Of a stretch of 64,000 nucleotides of DNA, positions 37,753-48,790 are shown piece by piece; position 1 is the stretch's first letter, and every line of letters begins with the position of its first letter. The notes beneath the pieces are model-generated. The model saw only the letters and a list, made by a program, of their open reading frames with translations, made no database searches and was not told the origin of the DNA. Position numbers and translations under genes: made by a program. Source of the stretch: Lama guanicoe (Eukaryota); NCBI GenBank assembly GCA_013239625.1, contig MU056000.1, positions 8,862,970 to 8,926,969 of the forward strand, given 5' to 3'.

Positions 37753-38760
37753 TGAAATGGAGCAGGACCCTCTGGGGTCCTCCTGGTACAAGTCCTTTCT
37801 ATCCCCCATTTCTCTTTTGTAGGAAATAGGCTTCAGTTAGCCTCCTTGACCTTCCTTGAGTTCCAAAGGGCAGATTCAAACAGGTGTTAATCAGGGAAGG
37901 GAGGGGCTGCGGAAACAATAGTGCAGCCTTGGGGCAGGGTCCTGGTTCCTCCTCGAGGCATATACATAATAATACCTTTGATTTCCTCTGCTGGAACTTC
38001 TTCTCCCACCAATATGGAGGATAGCAACTTCAGACTGAGCACAAGATTCCTGGAACACTGCCCCGTTACCTTACTACCAACTAATCAGAAGAAAGTCACA
38101 TAGCCTGCCACCCTCATCCCAAGTTTTGCCTATGAAACTGTCCACTGAAATAAATGCGCAGCCTAAAATTTGAGGGCTATGTTTTATTTGGCTGAGGACT
38201 CAAGCTGGGATGACAGCCTTTCAGATTGCTCTGAGGTAAGGGAGGGGCCAGGATATATAGGAGCTTTACAACAAAGACCAGGTAGTTGGAATAATAAAAG
38301 GTTTCTTGTTATCTGAAGAAAACCTGGTATCAAGTTAAAGAATTTAGTGCTTTTCTATGTATGGGAGGGAGCAAACATTTGGGCTCATTGAAATCATTCC
38401 TTTGACAAGCACCCAGCTATCTAGGGCCAGTATCCTGTCCTTTCTTACCCTGAGTCCCCTCAGGGTGCACCATTGTGAGTGGCTGCAGAGGCTGGGCTGC
38501 AGGCCTGTCCTCCCTGGGTGGGGGCGGGGGCGGCAGAGATGACTTGATGGCTTCAGCATTGTTTGTTTACTTACATGGTTTGCAGTATTTTTCATTCACA
38601 AATCTCTCCAAAAACCATCGAGCAGTTGGGAATTTTCATACACGAGCCGCTCATCCTCCTTGCTCAGCCCTGCAATACACCTTTCTCTGCTCCAAACTCT
38701 GACTTTTCGTTTTGTTTGGCCTCACTGTGTGTCGGGCACATGAAATTCTCTTTGGTAACA
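37753..38760 (+). mobile_element. ERV1-class solo LTR (family C, about 540 bp), split by a family B LTR
   Basis: TGAAATGGAGCAGGACCC...GGTAACA termini, AATACA poly(A)-signal variant. Flanks ACGT/ATAT (degraded TSD at best). Confidence 0.8.
38139..38600 (-). mobile_element. ERV1-class solo LTR (family B, copy 3) nested in the family C LTR
   Basis: TG...CA termini. Flanks AAAC/AATC. Near-identical to 36693-37157 over long stretches. Confidence 0.9.
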
Positions 38761-39004
38761 ATATGGGTCAAACCACATCCTTGTCTATCGATCTATTTCA
38801 TTCTTAAAAATATCATGGTATGTCATCTTTCAAAGCATTCACTTGAGAATAGGCCTTTTCATCGTCTTCAGAGAAGCAGGAATCTGATATCCACTAGCAA
38901 AATGGAGGGGACAGTTTCAGAAGTTAGGGGCCCTGTGTTCTCAAGCATGTCCAGGGGTTTCGGTCCCACTACTTCCTTGTCAAAGCCAGAATTATAGTGT
39001 AAGA

Positions 39005-40246
39005 TGGTATTATTTTTTTATTGCTGCAAACAAGACCACAAGTTGGTCAGCTGAAAACAACATCCATTCATGAACTCTAGAGGTCAGAAATCTGGGCAGA
39101 CCTGACTGCATTCTCTGCTTAGGTTTTCTCAAGGTTAAGTTCAAGGTGCTGACTAGGCCATGTTATCATCTGAAGATTAGCTTCCTCTTCTAGCTGTTGC
39201 TTGTGGATACAACCGGTGTTCCAGGTTCTTGTCCCATCCCAGGAAGAATTCAGAGACAAGACTTAGAGATTAAAAAAAGTAAAGTGGGAATTTATTAAAG
39301 GATGGATAGTACACTCTCAAGGGGAGAGTGGGCTCAGGGGAGCGGCTGCCCGGTGCTTCTTTGGCAAGTTAGCAACGGATGGTTTAAAAATGAATGGACG
39401 GACTATTCACTGGGGAGGGAAGGATTTGGGGTCACATACCCTGATTATCATCCCAACTCCACCTTCCCAAAGGGAGGAGGGGATCCAGGTCTCGATCAGA
39501 AGTGTCATGGTGTTAGTGCATGATGGGTACTTCTAATCTGCAAAGCTAATTTCATTGAAATGAGGGCATAATGAGCAAAAGGTTACATTCAGACATTGGA
39601 AATTCCTGCCTTTTTTCACCTTTCTTTGTCAGTCTCCAGGCCACTCATCACCCCAAAAGGTGTGACCACTTATCAACCCAAAGTTTCCTGCTTTTCTTTC
39701 TCTACCCAGGGAGCTTGTGCTTACATGATGTAGGGTTTCCGGTATTTGGTCTGTGCTCCTCCTTTCTGCCCAATTCCTGCCATCTGGTCTGCATCCCCCT
39801 TTCTCTGCTCATATCTAGCTATCTGCCTGCTCTAACATAGGCACATGAGACTGTGGCGGGATTCAGTTCCTTGACATTGTGACATGAGATATTAGTTCCT
39901 TGCTGGATGGCACCTGCTGACAGAGCTCAGCTCAAAGAGTCTGGCCACATCCTTTGCTGCAAGGACCTTCTATCTTCAAAGACAACAATAGCCAACCTCC
40001 CTTGTGTTGAATATCTCTCATGTTTTAAATAGCTTTTGTCTTATTTAGGAGATATTGTCTTATTAACGGATCACCTGATTAATCCAGACTCACCAAGAAT
40101 AATCTCCTTTTCGAGGTCAACTTACTTAGAACATTAAACACATATGTAAAATGTCTTTATAGCAGTACCTAGATTGATGTTTGAATATCTGGAAGCAGGT
40201 GTGTGCAAACGAGGAGTGGAGCCATTTTAGAATTCTGTCTACCACA
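39005..40246 (-). mobile_element. MaLR LTR (MLT1E-like), split by a family A LTR
   Basis: ctgaaaacaacatccatt...gtcagaaatctgggc before the insert, and ggattcagttccttg...gccattttagaattctgtctaccaca after it. Confidence 0.8.
39195..39837 (-). mobile_element. ERV1-class solo LTR (family A, copy 2)
   Basis: TGTTG...TAACA termini. Flanks TAGC/TAGG (one mismatch). Reverse-complement homolog of 10543-11149. Confidence 0.9.
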
Positions 40247-40382
40247 AAGAGCCTTGCCAGGGGTGAGAATTCAGCTTTCTTTGTAATTTCCTTCCCTCAA
40301 ATTGCAACCTTGAAATTGATTTCCACTATAGTTACTCTTCTAAATATAAAAGATGGGGTTCTTTTAATATTGTCCATAATAA

Positions 40383-40727
40383 CTCTACTGAATTGAATAC
40401 TGTCTCTCCAAAATTCATGTCCACCTGGAACCTAAGGATGTGACCAAATTTTGGAAATAGTGTCTTTGTAGATATAGTTAGTTAAGATGAAGTAATACTG
40501 GATTACAGTGGGTCCTAATTTAATAACTTGTATCCTTATATGAAGAGAAAACCAGAGAATCTAGGAGAAGTCATGGCAAGATCCTTCTGGAGTTTTCAGA
40601 GTATGGCCCTGGCAACACCATAATTTCTGACTTAAAACATCTAGAATAGTGAGAGAATTAATTTCTATCATTTTTAAGCCATCCAGTTTGTGGTACTTAG
40701 GAAAGTATTACTTAGAAAAGGAATACA
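40383..40727 (+). mobile_element. MaLR LTR (MLT1C-like, internally deleted)
   Basis: ccaaaattcatgtccacctggaacc...ttggaaatagtgtctttgtagat...tttaagccatccagtttgtggtac. Confidence 0.8.
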
Positions 40728-40969
40728 GAGATTTTCTGGTTTTCATAATATACTCTGAATTTATAGTTTGACCAACACCATTATTTTCTTCCATTAGCAT
40801 TTCAGAGGCACTGAGCAGCAACAAATCAATATGATAGTCCTGAAAATTAGCACTGTCCTTTTGGAGATACTGCATAAACCAGCACATCTACTACATCCCA
40901 CGTGACCGTAGTTGAGAATTGGGTTAACTGCATGCTATAGCAAACCAGGGGATATCACCACCATCTGTG

Positions 40970-41241
40970 GATCCAGAGAAGAGCTGAAGTTTCAGCTTGA
41001 GTCACAAGACAGTCTGGAGGAATAATTCTTTCCTCCCCTGGAGATTTCAGTCTTTTTCTCTTAAGGCCTTCAACTGATTGGATGAGGCCCACCCACTTTA
41101 TGCGGAGTAATCTGCTTTACTCAAAGTCCACTAATTTAAATGTTTAACTTCACTTAAAAATACTTTACAGAGACATCTGAAATGGTATTTGACCAAATAT
41201 TTGGATATCATGGCCAACCATAATGATATGGTTAACATCAC
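40970..41241 (-). mobile_element. ERVL LTR MLT2 (MLT2B/D-like), 5' part
   Basis: ggccttcaactgattggatgaggcccaccca...taatctgctttactcaaagtccac...catcaca. Confidence 0.85.
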
Positions 41242-42270
41242 AACTAACAGTAAGAGTTCTTTTTGCTGCATCATAGCAATACATCCAATTCCAAAATACA
41301 TCTTCCTAGGTACCAACTCTGTTACTGAAATAATACTAAGTATAAACATTATAAGCTGGTCATACTTAATTATCACTTTATAAAAGTTTCATATAAGATT
41401 TTTAACATTTCTTTTTAACTTTTAAACTTTATGTGATAAATCTGGAAATCAAAGGAGCAATACAGTAAAATACCATTTTTAATAGAGCTCTCTCGGCTAT
41501 TTATTTTAGTGCTCATTTTACAGATGAGGAAGCTCTGATAAAGAAAAAGATAATTGATAATCAGTTATTCAAAGCTTTTCATCAAGTCTTTCTTCTTGTG
41601 AAATCATTTTCCTACTTTGAAAATGAGGATAATCAACAACAGTGACGCATGATGGGATAAAATGTCCAGATGTGCTTTGTTTTATATTTGTGTTATATTT
41701 ATTGTGATCCTTATTACCGACATTATGGGCTGTAAAGTATAATCATGTATGGGTCAAAAGAGATGTGTTAAAAATTTCCTGACTGATTCTAATAATTTCC
41801 TTAGGGTACTTTTCTTCTTGCTTCAGCTTCTTCATCAACTGAAAGTCATTGAATTTTAATATGGAGTTTTCTTAAATATCCCAAGTCATAATAGATGGAA
41901 AGTTTTTGTTTCTAACACATTAACTACGTCTAACTGTTATATATCTATTTTAGTTGATTTTCATATCATCAAATATTCTACAAAATTTTAATGAGCCCTA
42001 CTTCATATTTGGCAAAAAAGAGGGATATTAATTATTTAAAGCATTGATTTTGTCAAGAAGTATGGAGAAAAAAGACATTATTACTTACAGTAATAATAAT
42101 ATTAAGAAAATGAGTATAGTTTAAATTAGTATTTAAACAATAATTGTAAATAAAACATACAAATATAAATTACATATGAAAAAATAGTCAAATTTAACAG
42201 TAAACACTTTCAATAAGTCCCTAAAAATTAATCATTTTTCTCCTATCAGTCCTATAGACAAAATCCTTAA

Positions 42271-42365
42271 AAGAATCTGAAAAATAATATATATATATAA
42301 CTGAATCACTTTGCTATACACCTGAAAGTATTGCAACATTGTAATTCAACTATATTTCAATTAAA
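42271..42365 (+). mobile_element. Very short 5'-truncated artiodactyl L1 3' end
   Basis: ataactgaatcactttgctatacacctgaaa...caactatatttcaattaaaa. TSD aaaatccttaa (42260-42270 and 42366-42376). Confidence 0.88.
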
Positions 42366-43039
42366 AAAATCCTTAAGTGCAAATGATAGCTTAAATGCAT
42401 TTTTCCTGTATTTCAGGTTATTACACAGTTAACTAACAGCAATATTTTAATTACACTGCTTAAAATTTCACAAAAATACTTTATTTCTGCTTGCTCTTAG
42501 CAAAGTGACTGTATTCAATGTGCTAAATTTGAAATTTTATTTATGCTTAATAAAATCTTATGTATAAATTATTTCAATGATTATAAGATGTGTATTTGTC
42601 AAGCATTATTATTTAGATATATGAGTTCTGATGGTAGCATTGAGTTTCGAGCATGAAATGGTTCTTTTATTTTGATAAACTCTAACGACTATTAATTGAG
42701 AGGAAAACAAAAGTACAGCAAGCATTGATTTAAAGAGGTCTGTGTCATTTATACATGTTACATGGCAGAGAAAGTAAAAGAATGGCTTTAAGCCAGTCGC
42801 AGATGTGTTATTGAATGCTTTTAAGCAATAAATGTTACATCTTAATGAAACCTTAGGAGACCAAATTACAAGAAATAATTGCCTGTGAAATATTGATAAG
42901 GGAATAAGGATCTAAACTATATTTCAGGCAGGATTGGCATCTTGATTTACATTTTAGAAATTAGCCAAAAACTCGACTTAATTAAGGAAATGATTCCTTT
43001 CTTCATTTGAAAGGATTATTAAAAGGGAAATACTGTTAA

Positions 43040-44000
43040 TATATCTGAAAGATACTAAGAGATGAAAATAAACTAAATGGGGTTTATTCTAGGAATGGAA
43101 AGCTAGTTCAGTTTTCAGAGATCAATCAATATAAACGATTGTATTAACAGTTAAAAGAAGAAAAAACATGATTTATGTTGAGAACACCTGAAATCTACTC
43201 TTTTAGTCAATTTCTTTTGATCATGTGGTTCTGACAGAAGACCCACTGAATTTCTTATGCTTATTCCTCTATACATATCTTGTTTTCTCCTCTCCCTCCT
43301 TTGAATTATCTCATGCTTTTTTTCTTTGTCTCTCATGTCCTGCAGTTTGAATATGATATGCTTAAGTGTAGTCCCCCCACCCCACACCCCACTTACCATT
43401 CTCTGTGCTTCCTGGATTCATGGTTTGGTGACTGTCATTAATTTTGGAAATTCCTCAACCACTATTAATTAAAATATTTCTTATACTCCGTTATCTCTGT
43501 CTACTAGTTCTGGAGTTCCAATTATGCATATGTTACACATTTTGAAATTGTCCCACAGTTCTTGGCAGTTCTGTTTCTTTTTTATTTTTTCTACATTCTG
43601 TTTTTCTTTTTCATTTCATATTGACAATTTTCTATGCATTTGTATGCATTTGTCAAAATACAATGACTGGACACTCAAGATGTGGACATTTCATTTCATG
43701 TAAATTTTACATAAAGACAAAAATTCCAAATAAACATTGAACTCTAGTTGATAATAAGTATGTTAGAGTTGTTAAAGGTAAGTGAATTTCTCGTATTTAT
43801 TGTGTAATTCATTGAAAAATTAGGATAATTGATGGACTGACAAAATGGCACATGGATGAATATATGTATATATATATGTAATAAAACAAATGCAGTAGAA
43901 TGTTATCTGTAGAATTTGCATGCTGTGTATATAAGTGTTTATTATAAATCTATTGTAACTTTTCTGTACACTTTAAAGTTTCCTAGTAAAATATTAAAGA
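43040..44000. mobile_element. Mosaic of old L1 fragments (sense ORF2 piece, antisense ORF1 piece, L1ME 3' UTR)
   Basis: ggtttattctaggaatg (ORF2), ctgcagtttgaatatgatatgc (antisense ORF1), gtcaaaatacaatgactggacactcaaga (3' UTR). Confidence 0.6.
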
Positions 44001-46099
44001 ATGCTCAAAATCTTGAACAATCTACTGAAAGGTGGGTTTAAAAAGTAGTGGAGAGAATGTAGACCAGAGAATCCTTATCAAGCCAGTCTCTGGATGAGCC
44101 ACACTTATTTTTATGACAGATTATTAAAAAAAAAAGATATTTACTATTGATTTTAACACCAACAGAGGGTCCTGCTAACCAAAGCCTCTCTCATTTCAAA
44201 TAAAATCATTTAAACTCATTAGAGTGATGGAACATTAAAGCATCAGAGAACAGTGTCAAATACATATTATGTCAAATATATCAATGGGAATAAAAAAAAA
44301 ATCAACTGGTGATATTTAAAAAAACAGAACTTAATTGGGTGACAATTCAAGCTAATGACTTCACTCCAGAAAGAACTGAAGGATTTAACAGTCTATTTTG
44401 TAGGTTTCTTTTTATCATATTATGTAGGATAACAAACCATACATTTCAAAGAGAATTATTCTCTTTTATTTTCTCTCCTTATCTATGTCATAAAATTGTG
44501 TTCTAATAATGAATATTTTCCTGTTGATAAGGAGGCAAAGGAAAATACTGAATTACCTCTCAAGATAGAGCAGCATATAATTTATTAATTAATCAGCGTT
44601 TGCATTTCCACCCTTTGTTATGTTACCTGAGCATTCTAGCCCCAAGAAGATGTGTTTTTTCTGACTCTTCTTTTGCTGCTCTTGATTCTCCAGTGTTCAG
44701 AACTTCTTCTCTGCTGTTTACAGCATTCTAGCCTTGGTTGCATATAATCACAGAGTTTCCTATGGCTATTTTTCGTTCCCCATCTTTCCCTTCAGTTTGG
44801 GCACTACTTTATTCATTAAAATTTTATTTATGTGCTCAGAAATCCACACTGTCTGCAAGTCACAAGGTCACCAGCAATTCAAAGTTTTTACACCATTTCT
44901 TCCACAGAGCCTTTTCATCATCCTTTGAATCTGTTTGACTAGAAACCTTATAGCCATTTTCAGTGTTCCCTCTCTTTCTTGTTTTATTCTGTCTACTATA
45001 TATATATTTTTTTAAAGTTTTCTCTGAAATACAAACTTCTCTTCATTTTGGTCACTATGAAGTTGATGTTGTGTCCCTGGAAAAAGCGTCTATTTGAATT
45101 CTTGATTTAACATTTCAAACTTATACAACTTTGAAAGTATATCCATTTAACTTCTCCAAGATGCAGAACTAGTCTGTATGAAGTGTAAAATGTGCTGATA
45201 TTAATGAAAACAAATATTGTGTATGAATGATGATGTAGCCCAAAATATATTGAACATAAATGGTTTTAACAGCAAAATCTTCAACTGTGACCTTAAGGAG
45301 CATTTTTATTGTATTTCAAGAATGTCTTGGTAATTGTCAATCTGGCTAATGGGAACTGGTACTACTGGCACATAAACCTAATCAAACTTTTCTGGAATTA
45401 AACCATCCTTCATACACTTGACCATAGAAAAGACACAAAGAGATATGCTTTCATGTGGTGATTCCTGGGGAAAAAATTAAAGCCAAGGGATGACTTTTTT
45501 TTTTCAGCTCCTGTAAAAGGAAACAACCTCTGTATCCAATTTTTAAGCTAATTATAGAAATGATGAGTCATGCTGAAAAATATTAAAAATTAACAGGAAA
45601 TCCAGTCATAGTTTCATTGTAGACAAAAGTTCTTTGTGTCTTTTTCTCTGCATGCATTTGCTTTAACAAAATTAGCCTATTACTGAATAATCTGGTCTCT
45701 TGAGCCTTTCAAATTTAATATTATGCAGTAAGCAGTTCCCATTTATTAACTATTCCTCATAAACAAAATTTAGTGATAAATTGTGCTCCATAATTAAATT
45801 TATTTGGCTAATATTTTAAACATTTGAGTTGTCTTCCATTTTGTAATATTATTTAAAAGGTTTACATGTATAATTAAATCTTATATCTGATAAAGTCTGA
45901 GACCAAATACAGATAGGGACTCTATGCAACAGTTCTTGAAGTTGTGCTTTGTTTCTTGGGGACTTTATGGAAATAATATAAGCCTTTAGTGACAATATAT
46001 AGACTCACATCATGACATGAATAATAAACCTTAGAGTTTTGGTACAAACTTCCAATTATTGCTATCCTAATACACTAGTAAAAATACTTAGATCCTGTA

Positions 46100-46710
46100 T
46101 ATGGTAGGGAAAATAATAGACCCCCGAAGATATCAGTCCCTAATAGAACCTGTGAATATGTTACCTTATGTGGTAAAAAAAAAAGAACTCTGCAGAAGTG
46201 ATTAAGGATAAACTTGAAATGGGAGCGTATTCTGGAGTATCCAAGGGGGTCCAAATTCAATCAAAATTTCCTTAAAAATGAAAGACAAAAGTGGAAGCTT
46301 GGGTGAGAAAGATGCAACAGAAGGAAAAATAAAAGAAGAGAGATTCCAAGTGTGAGTGAGATTCAGCTGCCATTGCCGGCCTTGAAGATGGAGAAGGCAG
46401 ATCATAAACCAAGGAATTTAATTTAATGGTCTCAAGAAGCTGGAAATGGCCCTCAGCTGACAACCAGCCAGAAAGCAGAGACCTCAGTTCTACAGGGACA
46501 GGGAATTAAATTATGTCAACAACCTAAATAAGCATAGGAAGTGGAGTTGCCCTTAGACCCTCCAGAAGGGAAGCCTTGCCAACATCTGGATTTTAATCAG
46601 TTCAGATTTGTAATAAAATTCTGAACAGAGCTGTTGATAATAAATTAAGTTGTGTTAAACCACTAACAAACTCTGATAATTTGTGATGACAGCACTGGAA
46701 AACTAACATA
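46100..46710 (+). mobile_element. MaLR LTR (MLT1D/E-like)
   Basis: aacctgtgaatatgttacctta...ggccctcagctgacaaccagc...gacagcactggaaaactaacata. Confidence 0.85.
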
Positions 46711-46754
46711 CTTTATCAAATTATGCTAATGACAACAATGTAATTATAGTAATG

Positions 46755-46940
46755 ATAATATGGCCTACTGTTTTTAATTAGCACATACTATGTCCCAATA
46801 TGTATATAATACATATGTTAACTCATGATGTCTATACTCCATGACTTAGGGTTTATTGTTCCCCTCACTTTAGATGGGAAGTTACTTGCCCAAACACACT
46901 TATTAAAAGCAGCAATGTCAAGATTCGTTTTTAATTTTCT
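46755..46940 (-). mobile_element. MIR
   Basis: agcacatactatgtccc...tttattgttcccctcactttagatggga...ttacttgcccaa. Confidence 0.55.
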
Positions 46941-48559
46941 TCTGGCTTTGGTTAATATTGTAATTTTTTTAAACAAGTGATAAAACAACATAATATATTT
47001 CAAGCTTTGAAACATAACAATGAAACATACAAAAATAATGAGTTACTGGAATGCATTATTAATTGAGGTAGACGGAGCTTTTAAAAATCACTTCATACAT
47101 CTATTTACTATTTTAGTTTACTTATTTTTCAAATGAGACTAAATTTAGCATTGATTCTATTTCTCTTTATGTTCATTTCTGATTTAATTTTAAATATATG
47201 CAGAAAAATATTTGGAACATAAAATAATAGACTGAAATAGAAAAAAACGTTGTTTGGCAATGCATCTCCATTCTTTAAGTTTTCTCTGAGAGTTGTATGC
47301 CTCAGATCACATAGCGACATATCATGAAAAAATTATTTTAGAGATGTATTCATTAACTACTAAATAAGGTCTTTTTCCAATTTAGTGAGGTTAAATAGTG
47401 TTGCAAACCGTTTGTCTACACACTGTGTCATCTACACTTACTTCCTTTGAATTATGATGAATAAGCCCCACAGGCACTCATTGACTAAAGCCTTAATGCT
47501 CAAAATAAAGGCAAAATCACACATACTCTCTGGCAGAAAAAGTCTGACCTATGATGAACAGGCCAGTTTTTTGAGCAGGAGAAGACGTAAAGCCTGGTTT
47601 CGTCTCAACCTGGGAAGACTCCGCTTGGGCACTGGCCACACCCTCCATCCCCCGGTCATCCAGAGAGAAGCGTAGGAAGAAACAGCCCTTTCCTGTGTCC
47701 CTTGGTTTTGAGGGAAAAGGACTTCAGAGGGATGTCTCCCAGTACCCTCTGTCCCTAAACAGTCAGAGTCTTGGAGGAAGGAGCGGTGAGTATTGAATAA
47801 GGGATTCATATTGAGGAACAGTCTTTCCATCTCTCCACCTACCTAGGGAGCCGCCATAGAACAAACGATGTGGCCGGAGAACAGGGAGCTGCTGATTACT
47901 TTGATGAAAAGTCCTTGAGGTTAGAGTGGTGGGATTAGTGGGCAAGGCAGCCCAGGGGAGACGTCAGAGGTCAAGGTGCTGGATGACTGGGGGATGGAGG
48001 ATGTGGCCAGTGCCCAAGCAGATTCTTCCCAGGTTGAGATGAAATCAGGCTCTGAGTTCCAGCAGCTCACGCTTCGGCCCAGACAACAAGGAGAGCAAGC
48101 AGAGATCAGGGGACAGAGGGATAGCATTATGGGGACAAGCAGATGCCAACAAGGCACAGATGAGGTCGAGAACCAAGTCAGGGCCAGGTCTCATCACAGA
48201 CCTGGCATCTATTTGGGGGAGAGGAGAGAAAGCCTGGAGGACGAATTCTTTCTTCCATAGAAATCGATGCTTTCCTAAAGATTACTTTTACAAAATCATC
48301 TAAGACTAGCTGCAAACTGACTTGGATATTTACTTTATTTTTTTCTAATCTGTACATGTCAGCTCAGATGAAAAACCAGATGAATCAGAGATAAGATAGA
48401 GAAGCTCCCATTTTCAGACACCGGATTTGTGGTGCAAGTGAAATTTGCAGTTTTCTATTATATGATTTCAGGAAGTTTGCTTTTTGTGTGTACATGATGC
48501 TTGCTCTGCCTTTGTGGGGGCAAATGCTCTCAGGGAAAGTAACCATAGCTCGCCTTGAA

Positions 48560-48790
48560 AATCATTTACCGTGTGCCATCGACTATTCTAAGTTATGTTA
48601 TCTCTTCAGATCCTTATGATCACCCTGCAAAACTGGTGGTCATATTGTCTTTTATCCGTTATAAATAAGGAAATGGAAGAACAAAGGATCTAGGTAAACT
48701 GATGGGGAACATCTTTTTGATAGAAGATGGAATCAGAATTCCACACGAGGGCTTTGACTCTGGAGGCTGAGTTCTTAACATGTTATGCTA
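48560..48790 (-). mobile_element. MIR
   Basis: catttaccgtgtgcca...ccttatgatcaccctgca...aaataaggaaatgga...gttcttaac. Confidence 0.65.

Larger units (their letters stand above)
37260..40960 (-). mobile_element. Ancient ERVL/MaLR internal region (gag-like start near 40960, integrase-like remnant near 37300-37700), broken by several later insertions
   Basis: Minus strand gaagctgccattctcacaaagcattggaagagccttttaaaag...ccatgggaaccaaggcatgga...gatccactgggggaatttgtgcttccagtccctg resembles ERVL integrase C-terminal DNA. No open frame. Confidence 0.6.

Noticed and set aside
36916..38595. Near-identical small ORFs (MYGRKQTFGLIEIIPLTSTQ... and MYGREQTF...; also MLKPSSH... at 15385 and 38344) suggesting a peptide gene family
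   Set aside because: They are translations of three copies of the same LTR, so the similarity is at the DNA-repeat level.
36693..38600. Possible short provirus or TRIM-like element bounded by two family B LTRs
   Set aside because: Each LTR has its own TSD, there is no PBS or PPT, and the second LTR sits inside a different LTR.
10543..39837. Large inverted segmental duplication
   Set aside because: Homology is limited to the LTRs themselves. Flanks and TSDs differ.
47670..48260. GC-richer block with several overlapping ORFs
   Set aside because: No recognisable protein or exon structure. It may be an old LTR-type repeat, but I could not assign it, so it is not listed as a feature.
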